A stretch of DNA of 64,000 nucleotides from contig OZ024741.1 of NCBI GenBank assembly GCA_964016885.1, forward strand, positions 22,258,001 through 22,322,000, given 5' to 3'. Origin of the DNA: Eledone cirrhosa (lineage: Eukaryota). Positions 37,795 through 51,395 of the stretch are shown here, one piece after another. Each line of letters begins with the position of its first letter. Position 1 is the stretch's first letter. The position numbers and the translations under genes were made by a program. The notes under the pieces were generated by a model, which worked only from the letters and a program-made list of their open reading frames with translations, was not told the DNA's origin and searched no databases.

Positions 37795-39282
37795 ATCATC
37801 ATCATCATTGTTTAATGTCCATCTTCCATGCTAGTATGGGTTGGACGGGTTTGTCCCACTTGAGGTAAGATTGGTTGGGTGACCATGTCTTGCTTATTCA
37901 GATCTGTTTCTGGCAAGTGTTCTACAGCTGGATGCCCTTCCTAACACCAACCACATTTACAGTGTGGACTGGGAGCCTTTTACCGTGTCTCCTACACGAC
38001 CACTTTACAGTGGACTGAAGTGGGAGGATGGAGTAGGGATGTGCAGTGGGGTGTACATTGGGTTAAGAGGTGCCTACTGACTGTAGGTTCGTATGCAATG
38101 ACAGTTGGGTCTTCTGTATAACTGCATGGCACCAAAGATCTCGATCCAGTGATGTTGTCTTAGAGAGAAGTAAGTGAGCAAGGTCAGTTTTTATCACCTC
38201 GTCCCAGGTTTTTCTGGGTCTACCCACTCCGTAGTTTCCATCAATTTTGATCACTCTGCACTTTTTTATACAGCTGTTGTCCTTCATATGCATCATATGT
38301 CCGTACCAACGCAACCTCCTCTCCAGAACACAACATTTATTCGTTTATGCTTTGACGTTTACGTTCATTACTATTACACATCCATTGGAGCGTGCAAGCT
38401 TCGTTTCTTTCTAATCTACACAAGTCTTCTACAGACAATGCCCAGGTCCCACTGCCATGTAATATTGCTGTTCGTATACAAGCATCATACAATCTGCCTT
38501 TCGTTTTTAGAGAAAACCCTTTTGTGGCCAAGAGTGGTATTAGCTCTGAACTTTTTCCATCCCGTTCTGACTCTGGCTACTGTACTTTCAGAACACCCTC
38601 CTCCACTGCTGATTTTGTCACCCAGGTAACAGAAAGTGTCTACTATTTCTATAGAACTACCTGGGCAGTTGAAGGAGTTAGTACCCAGTGGGCACTCACT
38701 ACTTACTGCACCTGAACATCGGCCATATATAAAATCTACATTCTTAGATAGCTTACTTGTAATCCCACTACATCTTTTATTTACCCACAGTTTGCATTTG
38801 GGCATAGAATGGAATTTCTACCTATTCCTTTCTTATACACTGAGCATGGCCATTTCCCAGAGGGCACCTGTGTCATATTCTCCTTTCTAATACTAGAACT
38901 TTAGTCTTCGACAAGTCAACTTTCAGGCCTTTAGATTCTAGGCCATGCTTCCATGTTTGGAATTTCTTCTCTAGTTCTGCCATAGATTCAGCTATGAGAG
39001 TTAGATCATCCGCATATAGAAGTTCCCATGTGCAGCCAATCTTAAACTCCTCTGTTATAGCCTGTAGGGCAATAATAAACAGTAGAGGGCTAAGGACAGA
39101 GCCTTGGTGAACACCTACTTTTACGCTAAACTTTTCACTATATTCATTGTTAATTCTAACCGTGCTGACTGTTCCTCTATACATGGCTTGTATAGCGCTC
39201 ACAAGCTACTCATCTACTAGTTTTATAAGAGCCCACCAGATAATGGAGCGGGGGACTCTGTCAAAGGCTTTCTCCAAGTCGA
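37795..39282 (-). mobile_element. RTE-like LINE, 5'-truncated, RT with Cys/His finger insert, 3'UTR and (GAT)n tail
   Basis: DLEKAFDRVPR, GVHQGSVLSPLLF, LLYADDL, CKLWVNKRC, FCYLGD, RWYGH, GRPRKTW; multiple frameshifts. Confidence 0.9.
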
Positions 39283-39902
39283 CAGATGGTTGGATAACAT
39301 CCATGATCTTGGCTGGTCTCGCTTGGGGATCCAGCTGGATCAGTTGGAGACGGTTGCTTCTGTCAGGACCTGGTGGAAGGAGCGTTTTAGGACTCTGCCC
39401 CCACGACTCTTTCAGGAATAAGTGGACAAGGAAGAAGAATATATATAAGCTTCCTAGCAATAATTAATTGATTATATCTATTTCTATCTGAGATTAAATT
39501 GTTCTGAAGGCGTTATAAAATTTGATATTGCTAGAAAAAAATTAATTGTTAATATTAATTATTGTGTTGGGGGTTAGAGTCATTGTTAGAGATAGATGTG
39601 TGTATAATACAATATTTAAATTTTAATTAATACAGCATGAAGTGAATTAGGTCATAAGGGGAGTCAATCCTACAAGTATTGAGCTTTGTGCGCCAAGAGT
39701 TATCGATCTTGTATTATAAATATACAATATACTTGTCTTAAATTTAATTTCTAGTAGAATTAATGGTTGCAAGTTATTCTAAACAAGTTAGGGGAGATCT
39801 AGGATCAAGGTAAGGGTACGGGTTCGGTTAATGATAGGTTTGGCGCTAGGTCTCTCTTTAGAGTTGTGGTTATGGTTTATTTCTGATATAGCGACATTAT
39901 AA

Positions 39903-40091
39903 GGGCAGTGGATTGACAGTATCGGTAGAGGGTCAGACGCCATGCTTTCTAGCAAATAGTTATGGCCCTTGCCATTCTGAGTTCAAATCCCGCCGAGGTT
40001 AACTTTGTCTTTCATCCTTACGGGGTCGATAAAATAAAGTACTAGTAATACACTGGGTTATTGCTGGCCTTGTGCCAAAAGTAGAAACAAT
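39903..40091 (+). mobile_element. SINE family A
   Basis: A/B boxes and family core. Confidence 0.88.
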
Positions 40092-40302
40092 CAAATCTTG
40101 TTCAATTTCTCTTAGGTCTTGAAGAATTAAAACTCCTCTGAAGAGTGACAGACTCTTCAATTATTGGTAGTTCCAACAAGAATTCTTCCCCATGTGAAAC
40201 CATGTTAAGGAGATAAACAAGATTAGATAGAATATTTTTAAATCTATATTGTTTGTACTCCCTTAAATAGAGTTTTTACTCGCTTAATTTTAATATATAT
40301 AT

Positions 40303-40491
40303 AATTGTTTCTACTTTTAGCACAAGGCTAGCAATTATCCCAGTGTATTACTGGTACTTTATTTTATCGACCCCGTAAGGATGAAAGGCAAAGTTAACCT
40401 CAGCAGGATTTGAACTCAGAATGGCAAGGGCCATAACTCTATGCATCAAAGCATGGCGTCCGACCCTCTACCGATACTGCCAATCCACCGC
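40303..40491 (-). mobile_element. SINE family A
   Basis: Reverse complement of the family consensus. Confidence 0.88.
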
Positions 40492-40747
40492 CTATATATA
40501 TATATATAATGACAAACAAACAAACAAACGCAGGAGTCAATGGTACACAGTGTTATTAGCTTCACGCTTGGTGAGAGTGGGGGGAGGGGTTATGACGTTT
40601 CGGACATAAGTGAAGGGGAGAAGGAACTCTGAGAGAGAGAGAGTGAGGAGGGAGTTAGCAGGAAGAGGATGAGAGGACGGGAAAAAATAGAAATAAAAAT
40701 AAACATAAAACATGAAGTCAAAATAAATAAAAACAGAATTAAACGGA

Positions 40748-41045
40748 ATCATCATCATCATCATCATCATTTTACGTCCACTTTTCCCTGCTTGCAAGGG
40801 TGGGACAGGAACTGATGCTGGCTGCCCTTCCTAACACCAACCTCATTTACAGTGAGTGCTGGGTGCTTTTTTTCCATGGCGCCTACACGACCACTTTACA
40901 GTGTGGGCTGGGTGCTTTTTTGCCGTGGCACCTCCACAACCACTTTCCAGTGGAATGATATGGACCCCAGTCCCTATCATCTCATTTCTACAGCTGAGTT
41001 AACTGGAGCAATGTGAAATAAAGTGTCTTGCTCAAGGAAACAACA
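40748..41045 (-). mobile_element. SINE family B, head missing
   Basis: Matches 45249-45535. Confidence 0.82.
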
Positions 41046-41187
41046 AGGAATATATAAAGAAAAGACAGAATTAAAAAAGTGAGAGGGGTGTGGAAAGGCA
41101 AGTGTGTGGTGGTGAGTGAGGGGTGGGCGGAGGTAGAGGGAGAGGGGGAAATTGGAGTCCGAGCGCAGATGGGGGAAGGTAAGGTGT

Positions 41188-41412
41188 GTGTATGTGTGTA
41201 TATATATATATACACATATATATACACATATTTACATATATATATACACATATATATTCATATATATACACATATATATACATATATATACACATATATA
41301 TACATATATATACACATATATATACATATATATACAGATATATATACACATATATATACACATATATACATATATATACACATATATACATATATATACA
41401 CACATATATAAC
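41188..41412. repeat. (TATATACACA)n-type compound microsatellite
   Basis: Direct inspection. Confidence 0.9.
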
Positions 41413-41531
41413 AAGACTCATTGTTTAGCCTTAATAAAATGGATATTAAAACTCTACTTTGCTATTGAGTACTCTTTTCTCTCAGCAATCAACCACACAC
41501 ACCTATATATGGAGTGGGGAGGTATTCATTC

Positions 41532-41578
<47 letters not shown>

Positions 41579-42342
41579 AAAGTGTTCAAGACCCCGACGG
41601 CAGAGCTCAAGCCATTTCGACAGCCATTTCTGGACTGAGAGTCCAGAAATAGTCGTCGAAAAGGCTTGAGCTCTGCTGTCAGGTTCTTGAACATTTTCCT
41701 ATTACCCACTCTACTACCCAAAGTATTGAGTACTCTGGTGCGTTATGGTCCACCTGGTTCCTTACCACACTTCCTTCGTTATATATACATATATATATAT
41801 ATATACACACACCAGAGTGTATCTAGATTAAAATTGGTACAATATATCCCTGCATATTCTATATAAGAAGGAACTAGAAGGGTTGATGTCAAAAGGGGCA
41901 TCAGACTGTGAAACATTGCCTCAAAAAGTCCCATCCAACCAAATGCCAGCATGGAGAATTAGATGTAAAAACCAATGATGATGTGAGGCCTTTTTTTCTA
42001 CAAGTTATAATTAGGTGAAAAGATAGGTATCAAATATAGTTAAATCAGGAGAAATATGCACCAATAACAAGGTTTGCCTTCAAACGTTTTACTTCTTTAT
42101 GAAGGTGGCACTTAGTTTATGAGAAAGCCACATGTGGCCCTAAGACTGCATGTTCCTCATCTCTGGTCTAAAGCATATCTATCATTGTTTATGCTCTCTT
42201 ACAAAACCTCTCATATATTGTAACGTTAGTTACAAATTTCATATATGAAATGAAAAAATATATAAAATGGTGATGACTAAATTTAAAAAATTAAATGATT
42301 TATGAAGATGAAGCTAAAATAACATAAACAATCATATCTTAA

Positions 42343-42592
42343 CCCTTTAGCATTTAAACCGGCTATGTCCGGCCAGATCAAACCAGCCATAACCAGTTGC
42401 TCATACTTATGTTAAGGTATTATTCTCAAAATAAATGATATCAAAATCTCACAGATTCGATATTATGTGAGATAATTATGAGGTAAAGCTTGTACCATGA
42501 AAATACAATAGTAAATAAAATTAATCATCATCATCATCATCATCATCGTTTAACGTCCTACTTCCACGCTTGCATGGGTTTATGCTAAAGAG
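42343..42592 (+). mobile_element. TTAA MITE carrying a nested (CAT)n RTE/SINE tail at about 42523-42581
   Basis: TTAA|CCCTTTAGCATT ... ATGCTAAAGAG|TTAA. Confidence 0.8.
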
Positions 42593-43242
42593 TTAAACAA
42601 GGAAAGAAAAAGAGCTGATTGTCAGATCGAACCAAGTAAACAATGTTCCCATTGGTCTTTCCATTACTGATACTATCTGCTGGTCACAATTCATGAAATA
42701 AAAATGCAGGTTTAACTGACCTCTTATAATATAACTCCTGGTAGAAGCATCACTAGTTTTTCCTGTAACTGGAGACATGATTTAAACTCAGATTACCGAA
42801 AGCTGGAACAGATAATGTAAAGCATTACATCAAACTCTTTACCAATTCCACTAATCTACTGTTCATCGATTGGTACTTTATTGATCCCGAGTAGAGTGAG
42901 CCAATTCATATACTGTAGTATTTAACGGTTCACCAGAGTTCAAATCTCACTGAGATCAACTTTACCTTCAATCCTTTAAGGGTCAATAAGTAAAGTACCA
43001 GTCCAGAAATGGTGGACTGGAAGAATTATTAAACAGTTGAGTAGGATGCTTTGTGGTATCTGATCTGACTCTTTGCATTCTGAGTTCAAATTAAATCTCT
43101 TACTGCCAGGACTTACAGCTAGCAGATGATATCAGCAATGGGGAAACATTACTCCCTTGGTCTGATCTGATAATCAGATTCTTTCCTTTCTTATTTAAAG
43201 CAAATCATTTTTTTTTTTTTTAATTGATATAAATTTGTGAAA

Positions 43243-43386
43243 TTAATTAATTTGTGAATTGAAAGCAAATTTCATGTTTTCATTTTCCTTATCACAGATA
43301 TTAAGCTCCAAGTATAAAATATCTTTTTTGGGGTTAGCAGAAAGGCATTTACCACTGGCTTCATTGTACAACATCGATGGAGCAGA
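43243..43386 (-). CDS. GALNT11: GALNT11-like terminal coding exon (ricin gamma repeat)
   Basis: tttcag|SAPSMLYNEASGKCLSANPKKDILYLELNICDKENENMKFAFNSQIN-TAA. LY..SGKCL..IC pattern. Confidence 0.85.
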   Translation of the reverse strand, partial: SAPSMLYNEASGKCLSANPKKDILYLELNICDKENENMKFAFNSQIN

Positions 43387-43551
43387 CTGAAAAGAGAAAA
43401 GTTAAAATATATCATTCATTTTATTTTCACTGTTTTGAAATTGAAATAAAAAGATCTATACTTTTTTGTGCCATATTCATTTTAGGCTTTTTTTAAAAAT
43501 ACAAATTAAAGTAATTAAGATTTCAATACTTATTCAAACTTAAAAGGTTGA

Positions 43552-43884
43552 ATCATCATCATCATCATTTTTACGTCCGCTTTTCCCTGCTTGCAAGGGT
43601 GGGACGGGAACTGATTCTGGCTTAATTTCTACCACCAACCTTCCTAACACTAACCTCATTTACAGTGAGTGCTGGGTGCTTTTTTGCCGTGGCACTTCCA
43701 CGACCACTTGGCAGTGGATTGATAGGGACCCCAGTCCCTGTCATCTCATTTCTACAGCTGAGTAAACTGGAGCAATGTGAAATAAAGTGTCTTGCTCAAG
43801 GAAACAACACATCACCCGGCCTGAGAATTGAACTCACAACCTTTCGATTGCAAGGCTAATGCTCTAACCACTAAGCCATGTGCC
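43552..43884 (-). mobile_element. tRNA-derived SINE family B with RTE-like (GAT)n tail
   Basis: Minus-strand head ggcacatggcttagtggttagagc...gtgagttcaattctc (A and B boxes); 3' part shared with the RTE 3'UTR. Confidence 0.87.
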
Positions 43885-44772
43885 ATATTTCAATATTTTA
43901 AGTTTGTGGATTTCAGATTTTTCTACCAAGAAAAGGAATTTGATTTTATTAAAAGTTTACACTATATAAAGAATAGGTATTCCAGTGTTTTGCACAGATA
44001 GTTAAAGGGCAGGAGTTACTGAATTTGACACAGAAATAAAATATTTGATATGACAGGTTATTAGACCAACATAGCTGCAAGATTCATTAGACCTATATAG
44101 CTATTAGGTTCATTAAATTAATACATAATTCAGGTCTATTTAACCAACTAGTATGTTAAATCTGTTAGACTAACACATCTCTAAGGTTTAAATCTGAAAA
44201 ACCAGTAGAATAGACTCACCCTTCTTCTGGAATATACTAAGCAAATGAATTTACCTTGTCCCCTTGTCACCCTCTCCCTGTAAATATGTTATTCTTCTTT
44301 GTAAGATACATTAACAAGTCAAATTATGCATACAAAATTTAGGTTCAAACCCCTAATTAATTTTAAATGTTCTAGAAGTTTTTGGTCATATGACAGCAGG
44401 TTATAAATCCAGGCAGAAATCTTATGTCAATGAAGGATCTTCTAAATCCTTTCTAAATCTTCATCTTCACCTTTGTCTTGAGCCTTGTAAAGTCCATTGT
44501 TGGACATAGGCCTTCCCTGAGCTGCCCCATCTTTGCCAATCCTGAGCCATTCATGGCCAAACATTTTTCAACTTTCTTGAGGTTGTCTCTCCACCTGGTC
44601 TTCAGGTGGCCTCTCAATCAATGCCAGCCAGATTTGTATTTTTTCAAGTCTTTCCTGCCAACAATTTCCTCTGCTATAATTTCTCTTCAAGACATGAATT
44701 ATTGTATATTCTTTGGATACAAAAGAATTATATTTTTACAAGGTATTTATCATATAGCCAAGCATTCATTAA

Positions 44773-44982
44773 CCCATTAACATTTACATTACTCTATATT
44801 TACTATTGTATTTTCACGGTAAAGGCTTTATTTCAAATAATTACCTTACATAATATCGAATCTATGGGATTTTGATATTATCTATTTTGAGAACATAAAT
44901 ATGAGCAGCCGGTTACAGCCAGTTTGAATAGAAAGAGGTGAAAGAATTCTGGGTGGATATGGCCGGTTTAAATGCTAAAGGG
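44773..44982 (-). mobile_element. TTAA MITE
   Basis: Reverse orientation of 26123-26342; TTAA on both sides. Confidence 0.8.
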
Positions 44983-45248
44983 TTAACACTTACACCAAAA
45001 CAAATGCACACACCACATTTCATTATTTTGATTGTAATAAATGTTGGGGTTATTGTATAAATTTATGTATTATAAATAAAAATGAATTGTATTTTGTACA
45101 GTTTTCCTTGCTTCTTATTTGTATGTTTTTAGCTTTCAGGTGCAGTGGAACCTTGATTCACGAACAATTTTTCCAAATATAAAACGTTTTGGTTCACAAA
45201 TAATGTCTCAAGTAATGAACACACAAGCCAGCAATAATGGTTGGAGAC

Positions 45249-45611
45249 ATCATCATCATCATCATCATTTTACGTCCGCTTTTCCCTGCTTACAAAGGTA
45301 GGACGGGAACTGATTCTGGCTTGATTTCTACAGCTGGATGCCCTTCCTAACACCAACCTCATTTACAGTGAGTGCTGGGTGCTTTTTTCCGTGGTGCCTA
45401 CACGTCCACTTTACAGTGTGGGCTAGGTGCTTTTTTGCCGTGGAATGATAGGGACCCCAGTCCTATCATCTCATTTCTACAGCTGAGTAAACTGGAGCAA
45501 TGTGAAATAAAGTGTCTTGCTCAAGGAAACAACACATCACCCGGTCTGAGAATTGAACTCACAACCTTTCAATTGCAAGGCCAATGCTATAACCACTAAG
45601 CCATGTGCCGC
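45249..45611 (-). mobile_element. SINE family B
   Basis: Homologous to 43552-43884. Confidence 0.87.
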
Positions 45612-45874
45612 CAAGCTGGGAGTATCAGCAGGAAAGTGTCACTTGCTGTGTAGTTAGTTACTATGGTGATATCTATCTGTCTTTCACACACAGTCTATCT
45701 CTCTCTCTCTCTCTCTCTCACTGTATTTCTCTCTCAACATTTCGTATGGGAAAAATAGTTTTGGTTAACGGACATTTCAGATGAGGAACAGTCTTCAGGA
45801 ATAAATTAAGTTCATGAACTGAGGTTCCACTGTATTTCCCAGATCATGATATATATTAAAGTAAACAGACTTAC

Positions 45875-46021
45875 TGAAGTGTACCATATCCATTTCTGAG
45901 TTGCTTTGCCATTATCACATTTCATTAACTTTGGAAAGCTTTTCTTAGATCCATCATCATTGATTTCTAGACATAATACATTGCCTAACTTCAGCTCATC
46001 ATCAAATGTTTGAAACCATTG
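45875..46021 (-). CDS. GALNT11: GALNT11-like ricin lectin beta repeat exon
   Basis: ttgcag|QWFQTFDDELKLGNVLCLEINDDGSKKSFPKLMKCDNGKATQKWIWYTS|gtaagt. QxW motifs and PxLMKC. Confidence 0.9.
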
Positions 46022-46396
46022 CTGCAAATTTAAAGAAATATAAAGTAAATAAATATGGACAGATTTTAGGGGCAAAACGAACTGACAAGAGACCGATGGG
46101 TAGATCCCGAGCAAGATGGTTGAATAACATCCACGATCTTGGCTGGTCACACTTGGAGACTTCTGACAGGACCTGGTGAAAGGAGTTCTTTGAGGACTCT
46201 GCCCCCTCAACCCTCTCAGGAATAAGTGGGTGAAGAAGAAGAAAAGGAAAAAGAAGAAGAAAAAGAAGTGATGTATAATGATGATGATGATGATGATGAA
46301 TCCTCCCCAATATAGGGTTTATTTTTTAATTCATATGAAGATTCTGGACAATCGACTAAAAATTAACTGCAACAGACAAGCCAAGAATATACAAAC

Positions 46397-46507
46397 CTGT
46401 TTCTTCAACTTTAGACTGGGATCACATTTAGCTAAAATCAACTTAGATTTCTTTACATATATTTCCCGGGTTGACTGAAGACATAAGCCTGATGCAACAT
46501 GCATAAT
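46397..46507 (-). CDS. GALNT11: GALNT11-like ricin lectin alpha repeat exon
   Basis: ttacag|IMHVASGLCLQSTREIYVKKSKLILAKCDPSLKLKKQ|gtttgt. Cys pair of a ricin B repeat. Confidence 0.88.
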
Positions 46508-47289
46508 CTGTAAAGAAAAAGAAAGAATGTAATAAATAAGAAGACTGTTTATTAAACAGTACAGCACTGATAGTGTATAAAGCTGATAATAAGGCCAGAC
46601 CAGATGTGAAATGTAGGTCTTCCAAACTGGTAATAAGTCTAGATTAGAAGTTAAATTTAGGCCACTAAAACTAGTTACAGGCTCAGGGCAGATGTGAAAT
46701 GTAGACTCTCAAACCTCATGTGAAATAAAGGCCTAATGAGAAGAATAATTTGCGTAATTCAAAGTCCTCATTAAGCTTTATATTAATCAGTACTACATAT
46801 GATGTATAATTTGAAAATGTGGAAATTCCAAATGCAAAAAATAACAGAAACAACAGTCAACCACTGCAAATAATGGCTCAGAAAATCTGGTAAAATACTC
46901 TTGGAGATGAAAAACAGTGGCCAGCAACCATATAGGTTACAAGTACACTACTTGTATAAGTTATCCTGGCATCTTCCCCAGTCCAAATTCATATATAGGT
47001 GTGTATGTCTATAGTTGCTATAAATAGTGGCACCTTTCAATGAAATAATGAACCTTTATAGAATTATGTAGAAAACTCTAGAATATCCCTTCTCTTTTCC
47101 TTAAGTGGCTGATGTCTCGACTCTCTTCATCTTCCCCTTCCTCATTTACCCCCAAATTCTGTTGGACTAATCAAATAGCAGTAGCACCAAGTAGTTATAA
47201 CCCAAAGACTAGCATAACTACTGGAACTGTATTACTGTTTAGCTGGCAGGTAGACAAGGTTGGACAAACTCATTTTGGTACGAACCCAT

Positions 47290-48036
47290 TGTTCGTCTCT
47301 GGGGAGCCATGCAAACTTTCTTCATTTCAGACATGATAAGCCAATACCAACGCAGCTTCCTTCGACAAGAATACATTTCCTTCTTTTGGTGAACTCCAAA
47401 ACTTTGGAGACACCCACAAGATTATTAACCATCTTTCCAACAACATCCCTGAGCACCTTTTTAAATTATATATGTCTAACACCCATAGAGGTGCTTACAA
47501 AATCAGAAAACAGTACAGCTCCTATGTCTCTTGGAAACATTTTTTCACAGAGTTGCTGAAGCATGGAACAAACTACCAGCATCTGTTGTTAGCTGTCAGG
47601 ACACTGCATCCTTCAAAATTTCAATACTTCCTGAAATTCACCAGCACTACACCTGATATTCCCCCTCCATACACATGCATGCATGTCTGTGTAGTATGTA
47701 TATATCATCACTCATACACTATTCACTTTCCTGATATTTGTACATTATTCCATTTACTATACATACACCTTTGATGAGTTGTAGTGCACCTGAGCACTGT
47801 ACACAAACATTTTCATTACTATTATTCATTATTATTGCTGAGGATGGTGGATTGGCAGTATCGATAAAGCGTCAGACACCATGCTTTGCAGCATAGAGTT
47901 ATGGCCCTTTACGTTCTGAGTTTAAATCCCGCTACGGCCAACTTTGCCTTTCATCCTTATAGGATCGATAAAATAAAGTGCCAATAATGCACTGGGGTAT
48001 TTGCTGGCCTTGTGCCAAAAGTAGAAACAATTATTA
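47290..48036 (+). mobile_element. CR1 3' fragment (about 47290-47835) followed by SINE A (47846-48036)
   Basis: CR1 tail cacctgagcactgtacac plus tatt repeats, then the SINE head. Confidence 0.82.
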
Positions 48037-48349
48037 TGGCTATCAACGAAGGCATGATGAAAGGGAGGTAAGGGGAGAATGTTGAGATGCTAGAGTGAAA
48101 GGAAGTGGATGGATGTTGTGTCCAAAAGACTAAATGGAGAGGAACATCAGTTAGACTTCTCATAGGCAAAACACAATGCCACAAATTTTTCTGAGTGGGT
48201 AACAACCACGGGCTGGGTAGGGTAGGTATTCTGTTAGTAGAATAATGGGTAAATTGAGTAAATGACAGAATAATTAAAATGAGATTAGTCCTTATAAAAG
48301 TTGTGATATATGTACTGCAAGTCTTTCATACAGACTCCTTCCCTAACGA

Positions 48350-50070
48350 GTGATGGAGACTTTATAACCACAACTGATGACCTCATAACCACAGCTAGTG
48401 ACGTCATAACCACAGCTGGTGACCTCATAACCACAGCTAGTGACATCATAACCACAACTGGATACCTCATAACCACAACTGGTGACCTCATAACCACAGC
48501 TTGTGACCTCATAACCACAACAGGTAACCTCATAACCACAGCTAGTGACCTCATAACCACAGCTAGTGACTTCACAACACAGCTTGTGACCTCACAACAC
48601 AGTTTGTGACTTCACAAAATAGCTGATGACATCATAACCACAACTGGTGAGCTCATAACCACAACTGGTGACCTAATAACCACAGCCGGTGACCTCATAA
48701 CCACATCTGGTGACCTCATATTCACAGCTGGTGACCTCATAACCACAGCTGGTGACCTCATAACCACAGCTGGTGACATCATAACCACAGCTGGTGACAT
48801 CATAACCACAGCTGGTGATCTCATAACCACAACTGGTGACCTCATAACCACAGCTGGTGACCTCATAACCACAACCGGTGACCTCATAACCACAACTGGT
48901 GACCTCATAACCACAACTGGTGACCTCATAACCACAACTGGTGACCTCATAACCACAGCTGGTGACCTCAAAACCACAACTGGTGACCTCATAACCACAG
49001 CTTGTGACCTCATAATCACAGCTTGTGACCTCACAACACAGTTTGTGACTTCACAAACCAGCTGATGACATCATAACCACAACTGGTGACCTCATAACCA
49101 CAACCGGTGACCTCATAACCACAACTGGTGACCTCATAACCACAACTGGTGACCTCATAACCACAGCTGGTGACCTCATAACCACAGCTGGTGACCTCAA
49201 AACCACAGCTTGTGACCTCATAACCACAGCTTGTGACCTCACAACACAGTTTGTGACTTCACAAACCAGCTGATGATATCATAACCACAACTGGTGACCT
49301 CATAACCACAACTGGTGACCTCATAACCACAACTGGTGACATCATAACCACAACTGGTGACCTCATAACCATAGCTGGTGACCTCATAACCACAGCTGGT
49401 GACCTCATAACCACAGCTGGTGACCTCAAAACCACAACTGGTGACCTCATAACCACAGCTTGTGACCTCACAACACAGTTTGTGACTTCACAAACCAGCT
49501 GATGACATCATAACCACAACTGGTGACCTCATAACCACAGCTGGTGACCTCATAACCACAACCGGTGACCTCATAACCACAACCGGTGACCTCATAACCA
49601 CAACTGGTGACCTCATAACCACAGCTTGTGACCTCAAAACCACAACTGGTGACCTCATAACCACAGCTTGTGACCTCATAATCACAGCTTGTGACCTCAC
49701 AACAGTTTGTGACTTCACAAACCAGCTGATGACATCATAACCACAACTGGTGACATCATAACCACAACTGGTGACCTCATAACCACAGCTGGTGACCTCA
49801 TAACCACAGCTGGTGACCTCATAACCACAGCTGGTGACCTCATAACCACAACAGGTGACCTCATAACCACAACTGGTGACCTCATAACCACGAATGGTGA
49901 CCTCATAATCACAGCTGGTGACCTCATAACCACAGCTGGTGACCTCATAACCACAGCTGGTGACCTCATAACCACAACAGGTGACCTCATAACCACAACT
50001 GGTGACCTCATAACCACGAATGGTGACCTCATAACCACAGCTGGTGACCTCATAACCACAGCTTGTGACT
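48350..50070. repeat. 21-bp minisatellite (gacctcataaccacagctggt), about 80 copies, with higher-order blocks
   Basis: Marker cacaacacagtttgtgacttcacaaaccagctgatgac recurs at about 48593, 49032, 49240, 49468 and 49697. Confidence 0.97.
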
Positions 50071-50077
50071 TTAATGG

Positions 50078-50437
50078 ACATGCTTTCTGAAATTCACTAA
50101 CACTACACCTGATATTCCCCATCCATGCACACACACGTGTGTGTGTGTGTGTGGTGTGTGGTGTGGTGTGTGGTGTGTGTGGTGTGTGGTGTGTGTGTGG
50201 TGTGTGTGATGTATGTGTGGTGTGTGTGGTGTGTGTGGTGTGTGTGGTGTGTGTGTGTGTGTGTGTGGTGTGTTTGTGTGGTGTGTGTGGTGTATGTGTG
50301 GCCTGTGTGGTTTGTGTGTATATCATGACTCATACACTATTCACTTTCCTGACATTTGTACATTATTCTAAGTACTATACATGCACCTTTGATGAGTTGT
50401 AGTGCACCTGAGCAGTGTACACAATAATTTCCATTAT
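50078..50437 (+). mobile_element. CR1 3'UTR with expanded (GT/GTG)n tract
   Basis: CR1 3'UTR on both sides of 50137-50320. Confidence 0.85.
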
Positions 50438-50616
50438 GTCAAGCAACACTCTATGGGATTCACAGAGGCTTTAGGTTTGATACAAGAAATAAGGAAAGAC
50501 AGCACCCATGACTCCTTTTCAGAACCTTTCTGACTAAAGGAAGGATGGGAAGAAGTTATTTTCACACAGGAGAAGTGGATAGACTAAAGGCCTCTGGAGT
50601 CAGGTTGTGGTATTAA

Positions 50617-50815
50617 CCCTTTAGCATTTAAACCGGCTGTATCCGACCAGAACTCTCTCACCGCTTTCTGTTCAAATTGACCGTAACTGGCTACTGTTAA
50701 GCTATTGTTCTCAAAATAAATAATATCAAACCCTCACAGATTCGATATTATGTGAGATATAGTGTTTACTGTGAAAATACAATAGTATATATAGATTAAT
50801 GTAAATGCTAAAGGG
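50617..50815 (+). mobile_element. TTAA MITE
   Basis: TTAA|CCCTTTAGCATTTA...TAAATGCTAAAGGG|TTAA, perfect 14-bp TIR. Confidence 0.85.
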
Positions 50816-50879
50816 TTAAACTGGACAACAGATTAAGTAAAATTTTTAAATTAGCCAATGATTAAAATCAACGACATAC

Positions 50880-50966
50880 CTTGCTAACAACTTTTGGTTT
50901 CTGATGGCTTCGATGTAAATGTAAATTTAAAAAAGCTGGTGGTACCTCATCAGAATTTGGTAGCGA
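50880..50966 (-). CDS. GALNT11: GALNT11-like linker exon
   Basis: aaacag|SLPNSDEVPPAFLNLHLHRSHQKPKVVSK|gtatgt. 87 nt, phase 0-0, at the expected catalytic-lectin linker position; low sequence conservation. Confidence 0.75.
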
Positions 50967-51395
50967 CTGTTTCAAAATAAATAAGATAGATATATAAATA
51001 AGTCAACCAAACAATACTTCAGAGTAAGTAACAATAGAAAGTCTGTATTACAAGACATTCAAATACAATTGATGTTGTTTAGTTCAACTCAGGCCTGATC
51101 AAATAGATTTCATATCAAAGACATTCAAGCCATGACCATCCAGTCTATTTTAAGAATAATGTACTCTGTACTACATTATCCATGTGACACTAGAGTGTGG
51201 TTGCAGAGAGATTTAGCTGCTATTTCTAACAGGTTGAGTGACAATGTGAAGGCTCCCTCATCAGATTGTTTCAAATAATGTTATTAATGTTCATTCAGCC
51301 CTTGGTCAGCCCTGATCAAGCAGGCTTATGATCAAAGAAACTCCTGCAGTGGCCATCCTACCATTTCTTCCCAGTCATAGGACATCATTATCATC

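Noticed and set aside
43810-43884. tRNA-like sequence
   Set aside because: It is the head of SINE B, lacks a full acceptor stem and continues into the SINE body.
48285-50326. Long Val/Met-rich minus-strand ORFs
   Set aside because: Translation of the 21-bp minisatellite.
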